DNA of 64,000 nucleotides from a virus (Duplodnaviria; Heunggongvirae; Uroviricota; Caudoviricetes): IMG/VR virus record IMGVR_UViG_3300005512_005684, positions 103,003 to 167,002 of that record; one strand, 5' to 3'. Shown piece by piece: positions 1 to 8,208 of this stretch (position 1 is its first letter; each line of letters starts with the position of its first letter). The notes under the pieces were generated by a model. It saw only the letters and a program-made list of their open reading frames with translations, ran no database searches and was not told where the DNA came from. The position numbers and the translations under genes were made by a program.

Positions 1-65
1 AAGTGGGTCAACGAACGACGTTGGAATGTTGGATGATTCTCAAGACAGAAAAGGAGACTTGAACA

Positions 66-788
66 ATGGCAAACTTGGATGAACTGAAACACTTCGAGCG
101 AGTCTTTCTCGCGGAGAAAATGCGTCTGGCGTTTGTTCTTAACTGCGCCAAGACCCCGCTGGATGAAGCTCGTGCGTACGCAGAGGAAGTCTTTGCGAAG
201 GCGGGCAAGAAACTGGAAGAGGAACTTCCAAACTTTAGTCAAAACTACCAGGCTTTGCAGAAGAAGTGCGCGCAAGCTCTTGATGTGCCGCGTATTGACA
301 TGCCGGTGATAGAACCGACAGACATGAAGAAGTTTCAGGATGACTTGAAGAAAGGAGCCGTGGACATCTTCGCACCTTACGCGAGGGGTAAGCTCCAGCT
401 TCCGAAGTCCATGAGCAAGAAAGAGGGAGAACAGTGGATCACTCTTGGTTTCTCGGATGGTGAAAAGAAAGACGACAAGGTTCGGGGTAAGTTGACGAGA
501 TTCCCGGTGGACACTCTCAAGCCTACTCAGTCACAAATCTGGCTGGAGAACATGATCCCGAAGATGGTGAAGTTTGGTACGCCTGGACCCGGCTCGCCGC
601 TCCTGAATACGACAGTGATTGTGTCGAGGGAAGGCTTCATTCTCGACGGTCACCACCGCTTTGGCCAAGCTATGCTTGCCGATCCGAGTCTGAAAATGAG
701 AGCGTTGTATGTTCCGCTTTCGATCAAGTTGCTCCTGAAGGTCGGGCGGTCGTACGGTGAGGCTCTCGGCAATACAGCTAAGGAATAG
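66..788 (+). CDS. ParB/Srx-fold nuclease-like domain protein with class-1 N-terminal leader (MANLDELKHFER)
   Basis: AAGGAGA RBS upstream of ATG. C-terminal LKPTQ...ILDGHHRF resembles the ParB N-terminal/sulfiredoxin fold signature. N-terminal motif shared with 7 other proteins. Confidence 0.45.
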   Translation: MANLDELKHFERVFLAEKMRLAFVLNCAKTPLDEARAYAEEVFAKAGKKLEEELPNFSQNYQALQKKCAQALDVPRIDMPVIEPTDMKKFQDDLKKGAVDIFAPYARGKLQLPKSMSKKEGEQWITLGFSDGEKKDDKVRGKLTRFPVDTLKPTQSQIWLENMIPKMVKFGTPGPGSPLLNTTVIVSREGFILDGHHRFGQAMLADPSLKMRALYVPLSIKLLLKVGRSYGEALGNTAKE

Positions 789-799
789 GAGACGGCCTA

Positions 800-2470
800 G
801 TGGAACACCGAAGGCGAATTGCAGCAATTGCCGGTCGGGTTGCTGCTAAGTCTTACTATCACGGTGCTAGTCGTGAGAGTGCGGACTACCTACTCGCACA
901 CGGCTTTGGTACTGTGAAGCGGTTTGAAGGTATGGAGTCCGGAGTGTCGGAAGAATACAGACGCTTTACTTACCTTGCAAAAACGAAGGATGCCGCGGAG
1001 TTCTATGCTGGTGGTAACTTTCGGTTTAAGGAAGGGGTGGTGTTGCGGGTTAGGTTGAACGGACGAGTCTTGAACTTGAAGTATCGTGGGGAAAAGTACG
1101 GGGCTATGATGGCCGCTGGAAGAGAGCTAGGTCTTGATGTTGATGCTGACAACCCACGTGGAATGGTTCCTACGAAGCAGATTGTAAATAAGTTGAAACA
1201 GGAGGGATATTCGGCGATTGAGTTTCACGACAGTTCCAGTGGTTACCGAGCCGTGCTTGTGATCGAACCTGGGAAAATCGAGGTGCAAGGGGAAGTGAAA
1301 AAGAGAACTGCAAGGGTGCATTCTATCGCGAGGAAGATTGTGGCTACCACGTTGCCAACGGGGACGGAACTCGGTGTCCCTTCCCCGACAGAGGCTTTTG
1401 ATCGAGACCTTGCGAACCTCCAGGCGGCTCGTGAAGCCGGTGAGGTGTGGAATGCTGACTTCAAAGAGTGGAAGCGGCGGATGGATACTGGTTTCGATAA
1501 GGCAATCCATGAGGTGACGTGGAAGGCAATCCAACGGTTCAAGCAGGAGAATGACCGGGACATGATCCGTATGCAGAAATACAACGAAGCATACGAGTAC
1601 GGTTCGATGTCGTTTGTGAAGGATTCTGCGAGTCTCCTGAAAAAGCTGGCGAAGACGGCCAAGAAACGTCAGCCGGACACGATTGTCGAGGAACACTTGA
1701 CGCTCTTGGAGAACGCCCTGAAGCAATGGCTTCCGATCCACGAGTTGCTCCAGGACTTGAAGCCGATGATCAAGAAAGGACGGCGGAATGTCGGTGAGGG
1801 TAAGCCAGTGTACCAACCGCCGCCTGCGAGAGCGGTGGATTTGACAAAGGTGAGAACAGTTCTGGAGGAAGTTGTCAATGACGCGCGTGCGCGCTACGTC
1901 ACGCGGATACGCGAATGGCTCTACAGTGGAGTCGAGAGATACTTCGATAAACTGAAAGAGGAAACGGAAGATACTGAAGGTCGAGCGATCATGCTCAAAC
2001 ACTCACCGCGGCGTCTTATGAGAGACGGAGCCGAGTTCCTCTATGGCGATATGATCGAGTTCGACCGTTCGCTGGAGACCTTCGTGTTGAAGGGAAACCA
2101 CCCGCAGCTTGCCCAGGAGATTGCCGAGCGTGAAGCCGATGCGATCAGGGAACAGTTCTTGACCAAGAACATGGCGAAGATGACTTCCTTGATCGGTGAG
2201 AAAGGTGTGGCGGTGGACAAGGCCGTGGTAACTTCGGGTGAGTTCAACGCGTGGTCCTTCGAGGGAGAGATTCGGGTGACCTTCGATGACGATACGGCGT
2301 TCACGGTGCGAAACAAAATCGTGACGAGTGTGTCCAACAGGGGGAATAGGTTCAATCGTTTCCCGACGACATTTCATGATGTCAAGTTCCCGGATGGGTC
2401 GGTACAACGGATGCGCTCGGAAAAGCAAATGAACGAAGAGTGGGTGAAAGCCGGAAAGGAGTTGCAGTGA
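800..2470 (+). CDS. 556-aa hypothetical protein; class-2 leader (RIAAIAGRVA) followed by divergent ART-like SYYHGAS motif
   Basis: Long ORF, GTG start after AGGAGA. N-terminal RIAAIAGRVAAKSYYHGASRES parallels the leader+HG[ST] arrangement of the clearer ART paralogs. Confidence 0.35.
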   Translation: MEHRRRIAAIAGRVAAKSYYHGASRESADYLLAHGFGTVKRFEGMESGVSEEYRRFTYLAKTKDAAEFYAGGNFRFKEGVVLRVRLNGRVLNLKYRGEKYGAMMAAGRELGLDVDADNPRGMVPTKQIVNKLKQEGYSAIEFHDSSSGYRAVLVIEPGKIEVQGEVKKRTARVHSIARKIVATTLPTGTELGVPSPTEAFDRDLANLQAAREAGEVWNADFKEWKRRMDTGFDKAIHEVTWKAIQRFKQENDRDMIRMQKYNEAYEYGSMSFVKDSASLLKKLAKTAKKRQPDTIVEEHLTLLENALKQWLPIHELLQDLKPMIKKGRRNVGEGKPVYQPPPARAVDLTKVRTVLEEVVNDARARYVTRIREWLYSGVERYFDKLKEETEDTEGRAIMLKHSPRRLMRDGAEFLYGDMIEFDRSLETFVLKGNHPQLAQEIAEREADAIREQFLTKNMAKMTSLIGEKGVAVDKAVVTSGEFNAWSFEGEIRVTFDDDTAFTVRNKIVTSVSNRGNRFNRFPTTFHDVKFPDGSVQRMRSEKQMNEEWVKAGKELQ

Positions 2471-3258
2471 ATTTTGCGGAGGTTAAGCGTGTCTATCTGG
2501 AGTTGTCGAATTGCTGCAACCTGGCACATTGCCACAAGAAATGTCCAGCCAGTTTGCCGAAGGAACCGGTTTTTCTTCCGCGCAAGGTTGCCGAGTCGGC
2601 ACTCGATCAGTTAGGAGAGCAAGGCTATCGTGGTTCGGTGTACTTTTTCGTTTTCAACGAGCCAACGATAGACCCTCGTTTGTTCGTTCTTGCTGAGTAC
2701 GCGAGGAAACGGTTACCAGTGTCTAAGCTGCATGTGCTCACGAACGGTCTCTTTTTCAATCAGGCACTCATGAATGAAATGTTTGAGGTGGGGATCAATG
2801 TCGTAGAGGTTTCGTGTTACTCGCAGGCGCAGTACGAACGGTTACAGGGGTTGTGGTCTAAAGGCGGTCGTTGCTATATTCGATGGGTGCGTGAGTTCCG
2901 ACAAGACATGATCGGAATATATGGAGCCGAACCATGTGGGGTGACTGATCCGTGCTATTTCTGGACAGCGTTGGTTGTGTCTCACACTGGTATGTTGCGG
3001 GTGTGTTGTTCTGACTACCGAGACACTATTGCGTTTGGCGATTTACGTACAGAGTCGTTGAAGGAATTGGTTGAATCGAGCAAGTTTCGCAAGCTCCGAG
3101 CGGAACTCTCCGAAGGGGTTCGTAATGAACATGTGTGTCAGCGGTGTAGTGCGAGGACGAAGACGGACGGAGGTTGTCAGGTGTATGGACATACGCCTAG
3201 AACAGTGGAGATCGAAGAGAGGTTTTACAAACACGATTTGCACGGGATCAATATATGA
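2440..3258 (+). CDS. radical-SAM-like enzyme with non-canonical Cx4Cx3C cluster and C-terminal Cys-rich (SPASM/twitch-like) tail
   Basis: YLELSNCCNLAHCHKKC near N-terminus (CNL..C..C-like but with one extra residue in each spacer). FNEPTIDP and VLTNGLFF (TNG motif). C-terminal CQRCSARTKTDGGC. Alternative GTG start at 2467 overlapping upstream stop (GTGA). Confidence 0.4.
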   Translation: MGESRKGVAVNFAEVKRVYLELSNCCNLAHCHKKCPASLPKEPVFLPRKVAESALDQLGEQGYRGSVYFFVFNEPTIDPRLFVLAEYARKRLPVSKLHVLTNGLFFNQALMNEMFEVGINVVEVSCYSQAQYERLQGLWSKGGRCYIRWVREFRQDMIGIYGAEPCGVTDPCYFWTALVVSHTGMLRVCCSDYRDTIAFGDLRTESLKELVESSKFRKLRAELSEGVRNEHVCQRCSARTKTDGGCQVYGHTPRTVEIEERFYKHDLHGINI

Positions 3259-4004
3259 GCCTGTCGAGAGTTCACAAGATAGTCGCCGCGGTTACTCAAG
3301 CATCAGACTTTACGCTTGTGGACGAAAAGGAATTCGAGGACTGGCTTGAGCAGTACTTCAAGGATCAGGGTGCGGCATACGCCTTTTGTCAGACAATCGA
3401 CAGGGAAATCAGATTGTCGTTTGGATTTTGGGAAGATCACTTCGACTCTTACGATCTGGACGAAGCGACCGAACAAATCGGGGCGTGGGTTAAGGGTGAG
3501 TTGGAGAGGGTTACTACGCTGCGTGGGTACCGGATCAATGAGTTCAAGTGTAAACCGGATCCACGGTTCTTCGGCGGTGGGCTTACGATCACAAAGAACC
3601 TCGATTGGTACGGTCGGGCGGCAAGGATTATAGAGATTGAAGCAATGTTACAGGGAGGTCTGGGTGGTGTTGAGGTGTCAGAATTTGTGTGGCATGTGAC
3701 ATACCGGGACAAGCTCGACAAGATTCAGACTAAGGGCTTGCTTCCAATGAGAGGGGGAAAGGAAGGTTCCTTCAGCGTGCACACACATTCACCGCGAGTG
3801 TATTTCTTCACGAGTCGCAAAGAGGCGTTGAACCATACGGGGCTTTTCGAGCGGGACGGTCGCGAGGTGATTATCTTGAAGGTGCGCTCGGGCGGACGGG
3901 TCTTCCACAAAGACTATCGTGAAGTGAAGATTCGTAACGGTGTGTGGACGGAAGGCAAGGTGCCGGCGAGTGCGATTGTTGGTGTGTATCCGTGGAGAGA
4001 CTAA
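3255..4004 (+). CDS. hypothetical protein with class-2 leader (RVHKIVAAV) and C-terminal divergent ART-like segment (WHVTY...KGLLP)
   Basis: ATGA overlap with upstream gene. C-terminal FVWHVTYRDKLDKIQTKGLLPMRGG echoes YHGT...QGLIP of the paralogs. Confidence 0.35.
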   Translation: MSLSRVHKIVAAVTQASDFTLVDEKEFEDWLEQYFKDQGAAYAFCQTIDREIRLSFGFWEDHFDSYDLDEATEQIGAWVKGELERVTTLRGYRINEFKCKPDPRFFGGGLTITKNLDWYGRAARIIEIEAMLQGGLGGVEVSEFVWHVTYRDKLDKIQTKGLLPMRGGKEGSFSVHTHSPRVYFFTSRKEALNHTGLFERDGREVIILKVRSGGRVFHKDYREVKIRNGVWTEGKVPASAIVGVYPWRD

Positions 4005-4981
4005 TGGACACGGCAAGAGTTCATAGAATCGCTTCCAAGGTTGTGACAGCGGCCAAGGTCTATCTCTACCACGGGACGCCGCCGAAGAACCTGAAACGGA
4101 TATTGAGTCAGGGTCTCATTCCTGATCCGAAAGATAGGTTGTGGTCGGAGGATAGAAATGAGGGAAAGACCTCACTCTCAATGGATTCTTTTCAGGGAGT
4201 TTACTTGACGAGAAAGCTGGAGATGGCTTTGAGTTCGATTACTCATGTGACTACGAGACATTACGGTTTGGTCGTGGTTCGTGTTGAGTCCAGAACACTT
4301 GTTCCTGACGAAGATACGCTAATTGGTGGATTTCCGTCTAGCTTCAAGAGTGTGGAAAACCCGAGTGTTCTTGTGGAGCTTTATAGGAGGGTTATGAAGG
4401 GTGGCGACGATCCACTGATCCTTGATAAAGCGAACAACATGTTTGATATGTGGTTCGATGAACGTCTTGGGGCGACGAGCCATTTGTCTGACAGAGCTAA
4501 AAAAGCGATACGTGAAGCGGTTATGGAGGACGTGGTAGAACTTTGTCGTAGGTACGTGGTTCGTGCTATGGCCTGGCTCGTGAAGGAACAGGAGGAACAG
4601 AAAGCAAAAGACGGTTCCTATGATACGAGTTACTACTATGGTATCAAAGGGTTGAGTGTCGAGGACGTACCGAGTACTCAAGACGCGAAGAAATCCTTCC
4701 GGGTGCAGTATGACAAGGTGCTTCGCAGGTTAAAGCGTTTTGCAGAGAGCATAGAGAGTAATGGTGTTGCAACGGCCAGGTCGCCCGAGGGGATTAACTA
4801 CAAGGGGAAGAACAAGATCGTCGGAGTCTTTGAGTTCAAGGATAAGGAATGGATTGTCCACTTCCTTGGTGATCAGAAAGCATTGAAGATGTTGATCCAG
4901 GACTTGAAGAGTGAGGCCGACCTGTACACGTTTCGGATGGCGAACGGCAAGGTGCTCCGGGAGAGAGTGAATGAAGACTAA
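4004..4981 (+). CDS. PARP/diphtheria-toxin-like ADP-ribosyltransferase domain protein (paralog A)
   Basis: Internal start MDTARVHRIAS at a TAATG overlap. RIASKVVTAAKVYLYHGTPPKNLKRILSQGLIPDPK (cf. PARP1 [40 protein letters not shown]). FQGVYLTRKLEMALSS (cf. PARP GKGIYFADMVSKS). VVVRVESR candidate catalytic-Glu strand. C-terminal INYKGKNKIVGVFEF module shared with two paralogs. Confidence 0.6.
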   Translation: MDTARVHRIASKVVTAAKVYLYHGTPPKNLKRILSQGLIPDPKDRLWSEDRNEGKTSLSMDSFQGVYLTRKLEMALSSITHVTTRHYGLVVVRVESRTLVPDEDTLIGGFPSSFKSVENPSVLVELYRRVMKGGDDPLILDKANNMFDMWFDERLGATSHLSDRAKKAIREAVMEDVVELCRRYVVRAMAWLVKEQEEQKAKDGSYDTSYYYGIKGLSVEDVPSTQDAKKSFRVQYDKVLRRLKRFAESIESNGVATARSPEGINYKGKNKIVGVFEFKDKEWIVHFLGDQKALKMLIQDLKSEADLYTFRMANGKVLRERVNED

Positions 4982-5798
4982 TGAACGAATCCACGAGATC
5001 GCGATCCGAGTTGCTCTGAGCAAGCGTAATGTGATCCGGCGTTTGAAGCCGACGAGTAAGCTCAGTGTCTTCCACGGGAATTCGTCTTTGGCTGAAGTCT
5101 TCAAGATGTGTAAGACAGGGATTGATGCAAAGCAGCCGAAGGGGAGATTGTACCCTCATTGGTCTGGTGGTAAGCAGTTGGATGTGGGGTTGTTCGTTTC
5201 CCCAACACTGAAAGGAGCCCAACAGTTTGGGGTCAATGGAGCCGTGATCAAGTTCAAGGCACTGGGCAAGAACTTGTGGCATAGGTTCCCAGAGGAACAA
5301 GAGCAGGATGACGCGGTGTGGAAAGACAAACACCCGAAGTCATTTCGACCATCCGTGACCGATGATATGTTTTTGAACGTTGAGCCGCAGGCGTTGTACC
5401 GAGGGTTTGTCTCTCCAAGACAGATCGAAAAGGTGTACATGAAGGATGGGTCGAAGACGATTGGAATGAGTCGGGAAGAGTTCATGGAGTTCATGGAGTC
5501 TTACGAGGACAAGTATGTCCAAAAGTCAATGCGGGACAAAACACCTTACGGTGTCCTTTTCGAGCCGCAAGAGGTTCATAAGGCGACGTATGAGGAACTG
5601 ATCAGACGGCTTGTGAAAGAGGAAGGAATGACTCGGAAGCAGGCGGAGCAAGGAACTGAAATGAGTCTCCGTAGGTGTCGAGACGACGATGAACTGCTGT
5701 ACGAAATCCGAAATCTACTGGGTCATGATTCAGTACCGTACTCGGTAGCGAAGAAACTACTTCCTGAGTTCAAGGAACGATTCGGTCTGGAGTTCTGA
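4971..5798 (+). CDS. hypothetical protein, class-2 leader (RIHEIAIRVA) and divergent ART-like VFHGNSS motif
   Basis: ATG overlapping upstream gene by 11 nt. N-terminal MKTNERIHEIAIRVALSK...LSVFHGNSSLAEVFKMCKTGIDAKQPKG parallels the paralog family. Confidence 0.35.
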   Translation: MKTNERIHEIAIRVALSKRNVIRRLKPTSKLSVFHGNSSLAEVFKMCKTGIDAKQPKGRLYPHWSGGKQLDVGLFVSPTLKGAQQFGVNGAVIKFKALGKNLWHRFPEEQEQDDAVWKDKHPKSFRPSVTDDMFLNVEPQALYRGFVSPRQIEKVYMKDGSKTIGMSREEFMEFMESYEDKYVQKSMRDKTPYGVLFEPQEVHKATYEELIRRLVKEEGMTRKQAEQGTEMSLRRCRDDDELLYEIRNLLGHDSVPYSVAKKLLPEFKERFGLEF

Positions 5799-5800
5799 GC

Positions 5801-6559
5801 ATGGATACGAGAGAACGGATTCTCAGGATCGCGATTCGAGTGGCGAAGGCCCCGCCACCGAAGCTGTATCATGCGACTTTGGCTGCGAGTAAGATCGTCA
5901 AGGAAGGATTCAAGCTCGGCGTCGGTGTGGGCTTCGGTGGGAGTAGTGAAGGCAAGTACATATCGTTCACGACGAAGGAAAACGTCAAGAACTATTTGGA
6001 GGGTATGCGAGACAAGATAAGGGCGGCTCGGGGGGAGTATAGTGTTGAAGATGTTCGCGGTTTGTTTAAGAAATGGGGCATGAATTCGACTGGGGAATAC
6101 CAGGAGTATTGTCGAGCTTATCATAGGGGAGGAAAAGGGGATTTAGACCGGGTGATATCCAAGTTTCGCAAGGTGGACGAAGACAGGGATTTTGGAGAGG
6201 ACTATTGGCAACAATTCATGTCCTATATGTTTCATGGAAGGCCGATTCAACCGAAAGAGAAAATCAAGTTGGGGGAGGATAGTGAAGAGATTCCGGTGCC
6301 GAAGTTGACAAAGGACGAAGAGATTGATCTGCTAGTGTCCGTTGTTCACTCGATAAGCGTGTCTTCGATGAACAACTTCCCTTGGATTCTCACACAGGGC
6401 AATGACCGGGTTAGGTGGGGTAAGTTTCAGCCGTCGGATGTGGGTGTTGTTGAGGTAACGCTGAAGCCTGGGGTCAAGGTTGACTATCATTCTGGGGAGG
6501 AAGAGTGGCGGATATATGACCCGAACGATGTCGCTACGATCAAACTTGCGAACCTTTGA
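5801..6559 (+). CDS. hypothetical protein, class-2 leader (RILRIAIRVA) and ART-like LYHATL...KEGFKLG motif
   Basis: ATG 2 nt after upstream stop. MDTRERILRIAIRVAKAPPPKLYHATLAASKIVKEGFKLG. Confidence 0.35.
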   Translation: MDTRERILRIAIRVAKAPPPKLYHATLAASKIVKEGFKLGVGVGFGGSSEGKYISFTTKENVKNYLEGMRDKIRAARGEYSVEDVRGLFKKWGMNSTGEYQEYCRAYHRGGKGDLDRVISKFRKVDEDRDFGEDYWQQFMSYMFHGRPIQPKEKIKLGEDSEEIPVPKLTKDEEIDLLVSVVHSISVSSMNNFPWILTQGNDRVRWGKFQPSDVGVVEVTLKPGVKVDYHSGEEEWRIYDPNDVATIKLANL

Positions 6560-6598
6560 GTGGAAACACTTGTTTACAGACGTAACGGAGGGTTACCA

Positions 6599-7141
6599 AT
6601 GGCCAAGAGCATAGTCGCACATCATCGTGAGCGCATTGGTGCGAAGTACATCCGAGTCCAGTTGAAACCTGGGGAAAGAACGAGTACGTGTCCACGGTGT
6701 GGTCAAGAGAATGATCACCGGACAGGTAACGTGTGCGACCATGTAGTGAAGCTCACGGCGAGTCGGGTGGTGTTTTACGAAGCTGGCGACAAGGAACGTC
6801 AGGCCGGTCGTAGCAAGAATGACATTGAGGTCAAGACCGAAGCTGACGTGCGGAAGGTTGGAAAGATGATCGACGAGGCTCGTGCGTATGCGAGTTCTTA
6901 CTACAAGGCGAAAGACAAAAGAGACAGGTTGGTCTCGGAGAATCGTTCCAGGAGAATGAAGGGAGAGAAACCGGTTGATACAGGGAAGAAACTGGAAAAA
7001 CCAGTGGTCTTTGTACACTATGAGAATGGTGAATGGAACGGTGTCATTCGCAGTAGCGACGAGTTGGAAGAACTGTTCTACGATTGTTTGGCTGAGAATG
7101 CGATACCTGTTGTTTTGAGAAAAGAGTTGAAGTCGTACTAA
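6599..7141 (+). CDS. hypothetical protein with class-3 leader (MAKSIVAHHRER)
   Basis: GGAGGG RBS 8 nt upstream of ATG 6599. Leader shared with 9292, 9670, 54015 (and more loosely 55366). Confidence 0.4.
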   Translation: MAKSIVAHHRERIGAKYIRVQLKPGERTSTCPRCGQENDHRTGNVCDHVVKLTASRVVFYEAGDKERQAGRSKNDIEVKTEADVRKVGKMIDEARAYASSYYKAKDKRDRLVSENRSRRMKGEKPVDTGKKLEKPVVFVHYENGEWNGVIRSSDELEELFYDCLAENAIPVVLRKELKSY

Positions 7142-8208
7142 TGGCTAGTCTGCAAGAGCTACGTCATTTTGAGCGTTTCCGCGTCGCCAAGCGTGTGGTC
7201 ATGTATCACATGTCTCCGATCACGAACCTGCGGAAGATTCTTTCCGAAGGTCTTATCCCAGACCCGAAGAGAAAGGAGTCCGCGGACGGCGGTCACGGGA
7301 CCATGAGTGTGGGTTATGACGAGGTGGACTACGAGTCTTATTTCGGCACGTACTTGGCGTACAAACCACTCGTAGCCTATGACGCTCTGCGGTTGACGAA
7401 CAAACATCTTGCCGGTGGCGTCATAGTCGTAGTCCAGGTCGAGACCAAGAGCATGGTCTTGGACGAAGACGAGGTTGTGAGTTCCATAGATGACTTCACG
7501 AAGCTGCTCAAGGAACTGCTACCGGGAGACAAGATTGTCCGCAGCATGTTCAGTAGGCATGGAGACCGCTCCGAGGCGATTCGTTTCTATGTGACCGTCA
7601 GAAAAAGCAGGAAGTGGCAAACGGTTCTCGCCGACAAGTTCTATGACAGGGTAATGTCGAAGTTTGGGAGGAAGGTATCGCAAGAGACTCAGGAGAAAAT
7701 GAAAGAGTCGGTGGTGAAGGTTTTGAAACCGGCCATCCTGGCACACATTCGGAGACAAGCTGCTTGGGCACTTACTGAAATGTTGAAAGAGAGCCGCATT
7801 GATCTTGACCGAGACCCGTTGGATCAAGACATACTTCAACAGGAATCTGAGGAAGCGGCGAACAAGTGTCTTGCGTTCCTGGAAAAGGAAGGGGTTGACT
7901 TCAAAGAGCTACTTCCAGCCAAAGATGTCGAGAGGGATATGCGGGCGGCTTACGACGTGGTGACTCGTAAGCTGAAGCACGTCATGTATGGCGGTGAACG
8001 TACGACGGCACGAGTCCTGGACAGGATCAATTTCAAAGGTGCGAACAAGATACTCGCTATCGTGAGCTATGAGTTTGACGAGGCAAGAGAGTGTGCTCAG
8101 TTCACGGTGAATTATGGCAAGGGCAAGGCCAAGGAAGCGTACGAGGAACTCAGTGAAATGGTCGGCTTTGATGGAATGGTAGAATGTAAGGAGTCACCTA
8201 ATGGCTAA
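7141..8208 (+). CDS. PARP/diphtheria-toxin-like ADP-ribosyltransferase domain protein (paralog B) with class-1 leader (MASLQELRHFER)
   Basis: TAATG overlap. VVMYHMSPITNLRKILSEGLIPDPKRK, SYFGTYLAYKPLVAYDA (cf. ExoA GFYIAGDPALAYGYA), VVVQVETK. C-terminal INFKGANKILAIVSYEFDE module. Confidence 0.6.
   Translation: MASLQELRHFERFRVAKRVVMYHMSPITNLRKILSEGLIPDPKRKESADGGHGTMSVGYDEVDYESYFGTYLAYKPLVAYDALRLTNKHLAGGVIVVVQVETKSMVLDEDEVVSSIDDFTKLLKELLPGDKIVRSMFSRHGDRSEAIRFYVTVRKSRKWQTVLADKFYDRVMSKFGRKVSQETQEKMKESVVKVLKPAILAHIRRQAAWALTEMLKESRIDLDRDPLDQDILQQESEEAANKCLAFLEKEGVDFKELLPAKDVERDMRAAYDVVTRKLKHVMYGGERTTARVLDRINFKGANKILAIVSYEFDEARECAQFTVNYGKGKAKEAYEELSEMVGFDGMVECKESPNG

Noticed and set aside
1127-2002. 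Long minus-strand ORFs lying entirely inside + strand genes (e.g. 1127..2002 291 aa, 34911..35534 207 aa, 55523..56503 326 aa, 62062..62721 219 aa, 20526..20915)
   Set aside because: They have no RBS or motif and have low-complexity R/S/P-rich translations typical of antisense shadow ORFs in GC-rich coding DNA. The + strand partners have SD sequences, operon-like coupling and recognisable domains.
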